Of a stretch of 64,000 nt of DNA, positions 1 through 10,909 are shown piece after piece. Below the pieces are notes generated by a model, which searched no databases, was not told where the DNA came from, and saw only the letters and a program-made list of their open reading frames with translations. The position numbers and the translations under genes are program-made. The DNA lies in contig NC_135887.1 of the NCBI RefSeq assembly GCF_964194155.1, forward strand, positions 95,418,001 to 95,482,000, in the 5' to 3' direction. Source of the stretch: Cetorhinus maximus (lineage: Eukaryota). Each line of letters opens with the position of its first letter. The stretch's first letter is position 1.

Positions 1-731
1 GTTCTAGGAAACTGTCCCAAATACACTCTATGAATCCTTGCTCGTGGCTACCTCTGCCAATTTGATTTCCCCATCTACATGAAGTTTAAAGTCACCCATG
101 ATTAATGTACCGACTTTTTTTACATGCCTTTATTATCTCCTGATTTATTCTCTGTCCTACAGTATAGCTACTGTTCGGGGGGCCTACAGACTACTCCCAC
201 CAGTGTCGTCTTCCCCTTGTTATTTCTTACCTCCACCCATATTGATTCTACATCTTCCAATCGAAGATCCTTTCTTGCTATTGTACTTATTTCATCTCAT
301 GCTAACAAAGCTACCCCACCACCCTTTCCTTCCTGCCTGTCCTTTTCGAAAAGTCACATACCTCTGACTATTTGGCTCCCAGCGTTGATCTCCTTGTAAC
401 CACATCTCCGTAATGGCTGTAAGATCGTACCCATTAACCTCTTTTTGTGCCATTAATTCATTTTATTTTGTTCCGAATACTATGTGCATTTAAGTAAAGA
501 GCCATTAGTTTTGCCTTTTTACCATTTTTTCCCCCTTTAACTCTATTTGCTGCTATTTTTTTTAATGTTTATACACTCTGTCCCTTCCTGTCACGCTCTG
601 GGTATCATTACCTAATTAGCTGCCCTGCAGGGCTGCCATATCCTTTTGCTTTGTAAGCCTACGTTTCCCCTTTCCAGAACCCTACCCCCTCCATTTAGTT
701 TAAATCCCTCTCTACAGCCCTGCTTATTTGG

Positions 732-1634
732 TTAACCAGGACACTGGTTCCAGCACAGTTCAAGTGAAGCCCATCCTACCGGACAGCTCCCTTCTACCCC
801 AGTATGCCAGTACCCCATGAACTGAAACCCATTCCTCCCACACCAATCTTTAAGCCATGCATTTAACTCCTTGACTTTATTTACCCTGTGCCAGTTTGCC
901 CATGGCCCAGGTAGTAATCCCAAGATTATCACCTTGGAGGTTCTGGTTTTTAATTTAGCTCCTAACTGTCCAAATTCTTTCAGCAGAACCTCCTTTCTAG
1001 TCCTATCAAGGTTGTAGGTACCAAGGTGGACATTGACAACTGGATCCCTCCCCTCCCACTCCAAGTTCCTCTCCAGCCCTGAGGAGATGTCCTTAACCCA
1101 GGCACCAGGCAGGCAACACAGCCTTTGGGACTCATGCTCACGGCTGCAGAGAACAGTATCTATCCCCCTAATTATGCTGTCCCCAAACACTATTATGCTC
1201 CCATTTCCTCCCCCCACTTGAATGGCTCCCTGTACCATGGTGCCATGGCCAGTGCGCTCATCCTCCCTACAGCCACCGCTCTCGTCCACACAGCTTGCAA
1301 GAATCTCATAACTGTTGAGCAGTTGCAGGGGCTGAGGCTCCTCGAACGTTACCCCCAGGGCCCCCATATCTGCTTCACCTGCAGTCACGCCCTCCTGTCC
1401 CTGATCACAGACCAAATTTGAATGACCTAATCTGGAGCAAAGTGTCCAGGTAACTTCGCCCTCCCTGATGTGGCGCAATGTCTGCAGCTCGGACTCCAGC
1501 TCCTCAACTCTGATCCGAAGTTCCTCAATCTGCAAGCTCCTGGTACAGATGTATTCGCTTTGGATCACCTTGGTACCCAGCAGCTCCCACATGTTGCAGC
1601 AGCAACACATCACCCGTCCTGCCATCGCTTTCAT
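732..1634 (-). pseudogene. CR1 ORF1p (zinc-finger/leucine-zipper + SGNH esterase), defective
   Basis: GDSIIRG and VHLGTYN SGNH blocks are in frame. The DGLHLN catalytic block (reverse complement of gttcaagtgaagcccatc, ~758-775) lies in another frame, so the C-terminus is frameshifted. Confidence 0.85.
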
Positions 1635-1859
1635 ATTTTCAACTTATAATTAATTACTCTAGTATCCCCGCTTTTTACACTTTATTATAATTATTTTTTA
1701 TACACACCAGTATTAACCTTATACTTAATAAGCTATCTATAACAAAAAGAGCAAAAAAGACTAGGGACCTAAACACAAACTAAAGACCTTACTTTTACTT
1801 TAAAGACTAGAAGTACTCACCAATCCTACTCACCAACCAGCTGCTCTCTGCGCTCTTTT

Positions 1860-2056
1860 CCCTCTCGCGCTCTTTAATGAGGTCTCGCTCTTCTCGCACT
1901 CTCACTGTTAAAGGCCACTCTCCTCTCGTGCACACTCACTGTTAAAGGCCACACTCCTCTCTCTCTCATTGTTAATGGCCTCGCTGCTTCTCTCACACTC
2001 TCTCGCTGTAAATGGCCCCGCTGCTTTTCTCAAGCGCTCTGGCTGTAAATGGCCAA
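1860..2056. repeat. Imperfect ~28-30 bp tandem repeats in the CR1 5'UTR
   Basis: Repeated ctcactgttaaaggccactctcctctc / ctcgctgtaaatggcc units, about 6 copies. Confidence 0.75.
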
Positions 2057-2908
2057 ATGTAAACGCACAAACTACTTCATGGAACATTTGCTCTCAACTA
2101 GTCACCACTAAAGATTAACATATTAGGGCTTATTAACCAATACTGTACACATTCAAGAACACAGTCACGCAGCAAAAATGCATTGAGTTATTATAGACCT
2201 TTGAGATCATAATTTCAAGTTGTATGAATTTCTTGTGGTATAAGGCAGATTAGGCCAAGTGTTAGGAAAACGGTGCTGCACCTGATGGGGAAATGCTTTG
2301 TATAATTAATGGATATAAAGATTAAAAATGGTTGCATTTTTGAGAGTTTTGGAGCATTTATAATGACAAAATTTTTGTCTCAAAGTCTGAAATAACACAT
2401 GGATATGTATTTAATGAGACATATTAGTTTTCATCTTGTAAAGTAAGTGTGTGACTGCTTGGACTGAAAATCCAGTTACAAGACAGACGCATGACCACCT
2501 GTTATATTTTAAACCTATTTGAAATGTATGGTGACTTTTATAAATTATTTCAAAGTTGTGTAGGTTTGAAAAACAGTTGGTGTATGGTTGAATTTCAAGA
2601 CTATATATCATGACATTGATTTGTCAATTGTACATGCCAAGAGTGGGTCTCGAACATCTGTACAATGGCAGCCATTCTGTGATACATGCATCCTGATCAT
2701 TTGTTTTGTATAGTGCTTTTAGTTTAAACTGAAATGACTTTTAATTTAGAACTGTTTGCTACTTTAAGTTCATTTTATTTTGAAAAATTGGCATTAAAAT
2801 GTATGTAGAGGTGGTATCTCATTGTGTTGTACCAATAAACGCCCATGCCCTGCTTGTAAGTTTCCAGTTTCAGCTGCTATCTTGTAGGAAAGCATTGAGC
2901 AGAGACCA

Positions 2909-3165
2909 AAGCAAAAAACTGCAGATGCTGGAAATCCAAAACAAAAACAGAAACAGAAATACCTGGAAAAACTCAGCAGGTCTGGCAGCATCGGCGGAGA
3001 AGAGCACAGTTGACGCCTCGAGTCCTCATGACCCCCCCAACAGAACTAAGTAAAAAGGTTCTGTTGGGGGGGGTCATGAGGACTTGAGGCGTCAACTGTG
3101 CTCTTCTCCGCCGATGCTGCCAGACCTGCTGAGTTTTTCCAGGTATTTCTGTTTCTGTTTTTGTT
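2909..3165. mobile_element. Fold-back (inverted-repeat) insertion made of two Penelope-like termini
   Basis: Arms 2937-3046 and 3058-3168 are reverse complements (1 mismatch, 1 G-run indel) around an 11-nt loop. Flanked by direct repeat ttgagcagagacca (2895-2908, 3166-3179). Arm sequence matches the PLE ends at 5607-5740, 23355-23458 and 41695-41800. Confidence 0.92.
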
Positions 3166-3616
3166 TTGAGCAGAGACCAGGTGCTTTCCCCTGTGGAGTG
3201 AATGAGACACCTTTTGTTCCTCTTTCCTTTGTGCATTCAGGAGGGAATTTGGGAATCTTAAATGTGAAGTGAGCCAACCTCTTCAATGGGACAATGTTTC
3301 TTTGGATTGGGTAGTTACAAGATACTTATGAGTAAAGCAGCTTGGTGGTTCTTAATTCATCCACCCAGAACAATCTTTCAAGGACCCTATTAAGCCATTT
3401 AGTTGTTTACTTTAAACTGATTTCATGTTATGATCTCGGCCCTCTACCCTGGTCATTTTCTATCTGATGGATTTCCTGATATCAGTGCTAAAACTATCTT
3501 TTATTAGTTTCATGGGAACCAGAGTAGGCCAGTCCACCCCTGACGCCTATTTGACCATGTCATAAATGATCTGTACTTCAACTCTATTAATCAATTTTTG
3601 ATCCATGTCCCTAACC

Positions 3617-4350
3617 GTCTAACCATCGCTCCTTGACATTCAACAGAATTAGCATTGCTGAACCTCCCCACTATCAATTTCCTGGGGGTTACCATTGACC
3701 AGAAACTGAGCTGGACTAGCCATATAAATAGTGTGGCTACATGAGCAGGTCAGAGGCTAGGAATCCTGTGGTGAATAACTCACCACCTGACTCCCCAAAG
3801 CCTGTCCACCATCTACAAGGCACAAGTCAGGAGTGTGATGGGATACTCCCCACTTGCCTGGATGATTGCAGCTCCAACAACACTCAAGAAACTTGACACC
3901 ATTCAGGACAAAGCAGCCCACTTCATTGGTACCCCTTCCACAAACATTCATCCCTCCACTATCAACGAACAGTGGCAGCAGTATGTACTATATGCAAGAT
4001 GCACTGCAGAAGCTCACCAAGGCTCCTTAGACAGCACCTTCCAAACCTACTACCACTATCATCTAGAAGGGCAAAGACAGCAGATATATGGGAACTCCAC
4101 CACCTGAAACTTCCCCTCCAAGCCACACGCCATCCTGACTTGGAAATATATCGCCGTTCCTTCACTGTTGTAGGGTCAAAATCCTGGAACTCCCTCCCTA
4201 ACAGCACTGTGGGTGTACCGACACCACATGGCCTGCAGTGGTTCAAGAGGGCAGCGCACCACCACCACCTTCTCGTGGGCAATTAGGGATGGACAATAAA
4301 TGCTGGCCTAGCCGGTGCCACCCACATCCCATAAATGAATTTTAAAAAAA
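3617..4350 (+). mobile_element. 3' fragment of second CR1-group LINE family (family B; Zenon/Crack-like, clade uncertain)
   Basis: ORF2 C-terminus YSPLAWM..APTTLKKLDTIQDKAA and SKSWNSLP. 3' end with aataaa and A tail. Many sister copies in the window. Confidence 0.85.
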
Positions 4351-4444
4351 GATACTATTACCTGACAAAATATATCAATCTCAGTCTTAAATTTTAATTG
4401 ACCCAACATCCACACCTTCTTTGGGGAGAATGTTACAGATTTCC

Positions 4445-5606
4445 ACTACTCTTACTTCTGAGTTCACTTTGGCATGATGGTACAGCCTTCCGTCTCATAA
4501 GACAATGGTTTGCGTTGTGGTCAACTATGTTTAGCATCACCTGTGTGGCTCAAGAGCCTAAATCTGGCATTGCAATCTCTGCTGCATCTTCTGCAGAGAA
4601 AGATAGTGGGCTGAGAAGGTTCATGATTCACTGGCCTCTGTTTTCTCAGGGCCCTCTTCTTGACCAGCTGAGCTTTTCTTTTCTGCTTGCCTCTTCCAAT
4701 GCTCTTCTGAGCAGTCAGCCTCCAGAAGTCACAGCTGTCAGTGACTGTCTCCCAGTTGTCAATGTCTGCCATCTTCGTATCTCATTTGCATGTGTTATTG
4801 CAGCGGAGGAATGGATGTCCAAGAAAGAGGTCACGACCAATTCAACATACTTTGGGTCTTTGGCTGTCTTTCATCCAATGATTGTGATTAAGCCAGCGCA
4901 GATATAGTTGGCTTAGCAACAAGAGTAGGCTAATGGAATTAGCATGGTCCGGGACCTCTGAGTTGGCGACCTTGCCCTCAGTACTTTAGCAGGACATGTC
5001 TGAGACGGCAAAGGTGGAAACTGCCCAGCCTTTCCTCCTGCCTTGCATATGTTGTCTTGATCTCATCACAGTAGAGAGTGCATTGAGGACGCAGGCTTGG
5101 TAGACTCAGTTTAGTGTTCTCGGTCGGGCTGCTGTTGTTCCACACTCTCACTCAGCTTGGACATAACAGCTGCAGCTTTTGCGATGTGTGTTTTGATTTT
5201 AGCATCAAGTGACATTGCTGACAATTGCAGAGCCTAGATATGTGAAGCTAACGACAACTCCAGCATCACATTGCCAATGATGATAGATAGTGATATGACC
5301 ATGTCCTGGACCAACGCATTTATCTTTCTGATGCTGATGGTCAAACCAAACTCTTTACAGGCATAAGAGAGTCTGTCCACATGCTGCTGAAGGTGTTTCT
5401 CAATATGGAATGTTAGTGCGCCATCATCAGCATGGAGCAACTCTCTGAGGGCATGGTGCACCTTTTGTATTGGATCTTACATGAGCAAAGTTGAACAGCT
5501 TTCCATCTGTTCTGTTATTGAAGTAGAAACCCACTGACCTGAAGGCATGTGACAGTAAAGAGAAGAATATGCCGGAGTGTTGGTGCCAAAACACAACCCT
5601 GTTTGA
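4445..5606 (-). mobile_element. RTE-clade LINE, degenerate RT and C-terminus
   Basis: Minus strand gives IKQGCVLAPTL (~5575-5607), ELLHADDGAL (YADD box), FGLTISIRK, and C-terminal CRRCSRDC...LLSH zinc finger typical of RTE. Truncated by the adjacent PLE. Confidence 0.85.
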
Positions 5607-7087
5607 TAAAAGCAAAAAACTGCGGATGCTGGAAATCCTAAACCAAAATAAAAATACCTGGAAAAACTCAGCAAGTCTGACAGCATCTGCGGAGAGGAAC
5701 ACAGTTAACGTTTCGAGTCCATATGACTCTTCCACAGAACTAAGGAAAAATAGAAAAGAGGTGAAATATAAGCTGGTTTAAGAGGGGGGCGGTGGGGGGG
5801 GAGTGGGACAGGTAGAGCTGGATAGAGGGCCAGTGATAGGTGGAGACAGCCAAAAGATGTCATAGACAAAAGGACAAAGAGGTGTTGAAGGTGGTGATAT
5901 TATCTAAGGAATGTGCTAATAGGTGACATTAAGCGTAGAAAGCAGGACGAGCAAGGTACAGATAGCCCTAGTGGGGGTGGGGTGGGGGGAAGGGATTGAA
6001 ATAGGCTAAAAGGTAGAGATAAAACAATGGATGGAAATACATTTAAAAATAATGGAAATAGGTGGGAAAAGAAAAATCTATATAAATTATTAGAAAAAAG
6101 GGGGATCGGAAAGGGGGTGGGGACGGAGGAGAGAGTTCATGATCTAAAATTGTTGAACTCAATAATCAGTCCGGAAGGCTGTAAAAGTGCCTAGTCGGAA
6201 GATGAGGTGCTGTTCCTCCAGTTTGCGTTGAGCTTCACTGGAACAATGCAGCAGGCCAAGGACAGACATGTGGGCATGAGAGTAGGTTTTAGTGTTGAAA
6301 TGGCAAGCAACAAGGAGGTCTGGGTAATGCTTGCGGACAAACCGAAGGTGTTCCGCAAAGCAGTCACCCAGTCTGCGTTTGGTCTCTCCAATGTAGAGGA
6401 AACCACATTGGGAGCAGTGAATGCAGTAGACTAAATTGAGGTAAGTGCAAGTGAAATGCTGCTTCACTTGAAAGAAGTGTTTGGGCCCTTGAACGGTGAG
6501 GAGATTGGGAAGTAAAGGGGCAGGTGTTGCACCTTCTGCGGTTGCATGGGAAGGTGCCATGGGAGGGGGTTGAGGTGTAGGGAGTGATGGAGGAGTGGAC
6601 CAGGGTGTCCCGGAGGGAACGATCCCTGCGGAATGCAGCCTGGGGGGGTGAAGGGAAGATGTGTTTGGTGGTGGCATCATGCTGGAGTTGGCGGAAATGG
6701 CGGAGGATGATCCTTTGAATGCGGAGGCTGGAAGGGTGATAAGTGAGGACAAGGGAGACGCTACCACGGTTCTGGGAGGGAGAGGAAGGTGTGAAGGCGG
6801 ATGCGCGGGAGATGGACCGGACGCGGTTGAGGGCCCTGTCAACCACCGTGGGTGGAAAACCTCGGTTAAGGAAGAAGGAAGACATGTCAGAGGAACTGTT
6901 TTTGAAAGTGGCATCATCAGAACAGATGCGACAGAGGTGAAGGAACTGAGAGAATGGGATGGAGTACTTACAGGAAGCGGGGTGTGAGGAGCTGTAGTCG
7001 AGGTAGCTGTGGGAGTTGGTAGGCTTGTAATGAATATTGATGGACAATCTATCATCAGATATTGAGACAGAGAGGTCAAGGAAGGGA
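5607..7087 (-). mobile_element. Penelope-like element (Neptune-like), 5'-truncated, with terminal repeat and tail
   Basis: RT C-terminus PFLDLSV..HYKPTNSHSYLDYSSSHP, Cys linker PCNRRRCNTC, then GIY-YIG endonuclease LVYCIHCSQCGFLYIGETKRRL after a frameshift near 6500. Confidence 0.92.
5703..5741 (-). ncRNA. Minimal hammerhead ribozyme motif (variant core CUGUGGA) in PLE terminus
   Basis: Minus strand reads AGUU-CUGUGGA-A-GAGUC-auaug-GACUC-GAAA-CG-UU-AACU. Stems I and II pair. A6 is replaced by U. Confidence 0.6.
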
Positions 7088-8149
7088 CTTGATTTTAGGG
7101 TGCCAAAACTATGGTTGGAGTGGTAAAGCAAGTCGGATTGTATAGAAATTACGACCATTTTTAAAGATTAAAATGAATCTGCAGTATGTTATTACTTGCT
7201 GGGAATCTGGTGTAACGCTGCCTATAACAAGGAATCCTTCAGCACGTAGGAAATCAGTCTGAGAAATTCAGTCTGTCACATGCAGCATTTCTATTAACCA
7301 CAATTAGAGCAGCATGTTCTTACATACACGCACGCAGCAGGTGCAGACTTAGAGAGCTATTTCTGGGTGTTTGGTGGGAAGTGGTTTCAACTATGTATTT
7401 ATCCTCTGTTTCTTCACACTAAATGATAATAAGACTCTCAATAAAGGCAGATTTATCAATTTTATTCCCTTAAATCTTACTGAAATGATGTTGCACTTTC
7501 ATATTTAATTAGTCACTTTCTGAGAAGATAGCTTTGCTTTTAACACTAAATTTCTGAATTTAATTCCAATAGCCTAAGTATTTCATGTGTCACCTCCTGG
7601 AATTAAAGGAAATTGGGGGAAAAAAATTATTTGTACCAGTCTGTAGATGTGAACATTATGCTGGAGAAGCGTTTAGTCTTTCATATCCTATTTGCTTTAA
7701 GGCAGGCTGATGGGTTAAAATTCTCACCATGTTTTAATCTTGAATAAAATATGTCACATGATAAATCAAACTTGATCAATGAATAGGTGATCTTATAGGA
7801 ATAAGAATACTGCCTTTTTGAGAAATTTCAACAACTTGTATAATATCCTGCAGTGGAGAATAAATTATTTTCAGAATTTCACAAGCCAACTTGAGTATTT
7901 TTGTACTATACCTAGAGAATGTGCTTTTAGGTACAAGTCACCACCAGGGCACAATGTTTGTAGAATTGGTCAGCTGAAAAAGATTTTATAGTTTAGGCCA
8001 CAGTGACTTCAGCAAAATATATGCTTCAGGTTGAATGGCTTAGTTAGCAAATAGTCATTGTATAACTGGGCCATACAGAACAAAGATCCAATAAATAGTG
8101 TTCATACAAAGGTTTACATTGAAAGTATTGGAAGAAATTTCTCCAAATA

Positions 8150-8940
8150 TTGGGAAGATTGAAGCTGTGGTCTTCAGATCCTGCCATGAGCTACATTCCC
8201 CAGCCATCCCTCTCCCTGACAACTGTCTGTGTCTGACCAGATTGTTTGTGACCTCAGTGTCATGTAACCCTGAGATGAGGTGCTTACCACATATGCGCAC
8301 AATCGCTAAGGCTACCTATTTCCACCTCAGTAGGCTTGACTCCATCCTAATTTTAGCTCAGCTACTGAAACCTTCATCTATACTTTTAAAATCTCTAGAC
8401 TTGACTAATCCACACACTCCTGGCCAGCCTCCCATGCTTTACCCTTTGTGAACTTGAGGTCATCCAAAGCTCTGCTGCCTGGGTCCTTACCAGTCCTGTT
8501 CACTCATCACCCTTGTGCTTGCTGACTTACATTGGCTCCCAGTCAAGAAATGCCTCAATGTTAAAATTCTCATTCTTGTTTTTAAATCACTCCATGGCCT
8601 CGTCCTTCCCTATTTCTGTAAAGTTCTCTCATCTTATGATCATCCAAGATATCTGTGCTCCATCAATTCTTGCTGCTTGAGCATTCCCAATTTTAGTTGC
8701 TTCATCATTGGCAACCATGTCTTCAATTGCTACAGGCCTAAGCTCTAGTTTTTGCCCCTTAACTCTTTACCTCCCTCACTTCTCTTTACACATTCCTTAA
8801 AACCTAATTCTGATCAAGCTTTTGGTCGCCTTTCCTCATATCTCCTTATGTGGCTCAGTGTCAACTTTTGTTTGATAATGCTTTTGTGAAGTGCCAAGGC
8901 ACATTTTACTCTGTTAAAGGCAGTATGTAAATAAGTTGGT
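8150..8940 (+). mobile_element. L2 LINE 3' fragment
   Basis: LADLHWLPVKK..KILILVFKSLHGL L2 C-terminal motif. Ends in L2-type tail (tgtgaagtgcc..gttaaaggcagtatgtaaataag). Confidence 0.8.
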
Positions 8941-10909
8941 TATTCTTGTCAGCTAGGGTAACTGTTAATGTTGCCCCAACACCCCCACCTACCCCTTCAA
9001 GTATGCCTATGTTTATTTAGCAATCGTTACAATGTAACTACAATCCATGTTTTCTTCAGTTTGATAGTTTGTCATCATGAGCAACGTGTCGTCATGAACA
9101 GAACTCCCATTTTGGAGCTTGGATATAATAATAAACCATGATTGAAAATTGAGCTCATGTCAACCAATGTCAACATTAAGAATCGACCATGTGGAATGAA
9201 ATTATTCAATGAGTCTATGCCATTCTATACCTCATGTTTAGGTGGGCAAAGGTTTTTTGTGTTTGGACTGAAACAAAATGATTTTTTTTAACAAAAAAAA
9301 ATTTCAAAATAGCCTTAGTTTTAACTAATATGACCTGACCATTTTGGAAGATCATTCCTTGCTTTATAAATATATTTACAACACCTACTTATTAGAAAAT
9401 CACTTCCTTCAGGTTTGGAATTTCCAATTATAGATTAACAGCTGCTCTTGTAGGTTTCTACTTAGATATGAAGTTTGCAGAGGCACTGGGCATTTCCACA
9501 TATCTTTTGCTAACTGACCCATAATCCTGCCCTAATTAGTAGAGCTCACTGTGGCTGTTGCATGATTCTTGGAAAGTCCAGGAAACAGCTTTTGACAATA
9601 AAACTGTCTGCTGGTAATTTTTTTAACAAGCCATTTAAGTAGTAGTTTCAGTTTTGCTTATCAGGGCAATGCTGGAATTTAGAAACCTAGTTCATATTTA
9701 ATGTTGAGCTGTACTCACTGCATTGTTTAGAAGCTAATGAATTCCACTGGCAAACCAGCAGTTAGAAGACTTACTGATCCGGTTCAATAGATTTCCGATA
9801 TCTGTATGTACTGCCTACAAAGTGAACAACAAGAATTATCTTTTTTCAGTTTATTGATTCAGGATGTTGTGGTTAACTGTTTTTCTTTCTAGCTTGACTT
9901 TTCATTTTCACAGAAATCACTACAGTATTATTGTAAATTGTGTGGTGCTGAAGAAGCTAGATGAATTCTTAAGAATTCTTAATTCTTATGAATTCCTAAG
10001 AAGTAATCGGGTGTATTTTGGAATAAAGTTACCATTTAAATGTTTTAGAATTTGATGTTTTGGTTTATTCTGTTGGAAGTTGTTGGAAGGTGAAGACGTT
10101 AGTATCTTGCAGCTAGTGATCTGATGTTCTAGGAGAAGTACACTGTACTTGATTATAGTTCAGGTTGATGTACTGTTATGAAATTGCAAAACGGGCTTGC
10201 AGAATCTGAGCTGATCCAACTATGATGCTTCAAGTATTTCACAAAAAAATGTTGGCTGACCAGTGTTTAATTTGTAATTTTAATGAAGGTTAAATTTATG
10301 ATTAATTATTTAGAATTTCAGTAAGGACTAAGTTTAAATTGCCCAATGGTTTAATGCCATATTGTGAAATGTTTGTTGGTCACAATTACACTCCCAAGGG
10401 CAAACTATTTGTTTTTTCTTCTGTTATGCCTTCTGTGTGATTAAACTGAATCTATAGGAGAACAAATCTCAGTAAGCTGGTGTAATAGCTCAAAGTTAAA
10501 ATTACAAGTGAACTGTTTCTCTGATACAGCATTATATACGTTACAACTGTAATTGTTAGTGGATGTCATAAAAAATGTGAAATACAGGCATAACTTTAAT
10601 TGTTTCAGTAATGATGGTTGTATCTGAAGAAGTTATGGAAATTAATGAGAGTTTAAACAGGAAGTAAAATAACCCAAGATCAATCTGGTAGATTCTACAT
10701 TTCCTTTTCTGGGAGGGGAAGTTGTTTGAAGTAATTTGGTCCTAGTTTCTGCAGTAATTTACTTCTAACAGCAACAATATTGAAAATAATTTATGTAGAG
10801 TCTCTGAGTGGTGGTGGTGGTGGTGGGGGAGGGTGGGTGGGAGAACGGATTCCAAAGTGCTTTACAGAGTACAGTATGTACCTGGGATGTTGGAATTGGT
10901 TCTTGCTCT

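Larger units (their letters stand above)
1..2056 (-). mobile_element. CR1 LINE (HER1-like) 5' part: 5'UTR, ORF1 and start of ORF2 endonuclease; continues beyond window start
   Basis: ORF 732..1634(-) has CR1 ORF1 Cys-rich/coiled-coil N-terminus and esterase motifs. 1-420(-) reads as APE endonuclease (AITEMWL, VVCRPP, MGDFKLH). Homologous to copies at 10.9 kb and 51.6 kb. Confidence 0.9.

Noticed and set aside
2060-2850. 3'UTR-like AT-rich segment with aataaa near 2834
   Set aside because: Compositional impression only; no linked coding exon.
4398-4907. 169-aa plus-strand ORF
   Set aside because: Antisense to the RTE fragment.
6159-7079. 306-aa ORF as a novel Ser/Pro-rich protein (also 40168..40833)
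   Set aside because: Alternative frame of the C-rich PLE ORF; only the end enters the true GIY-YIG frame through a frameshift.
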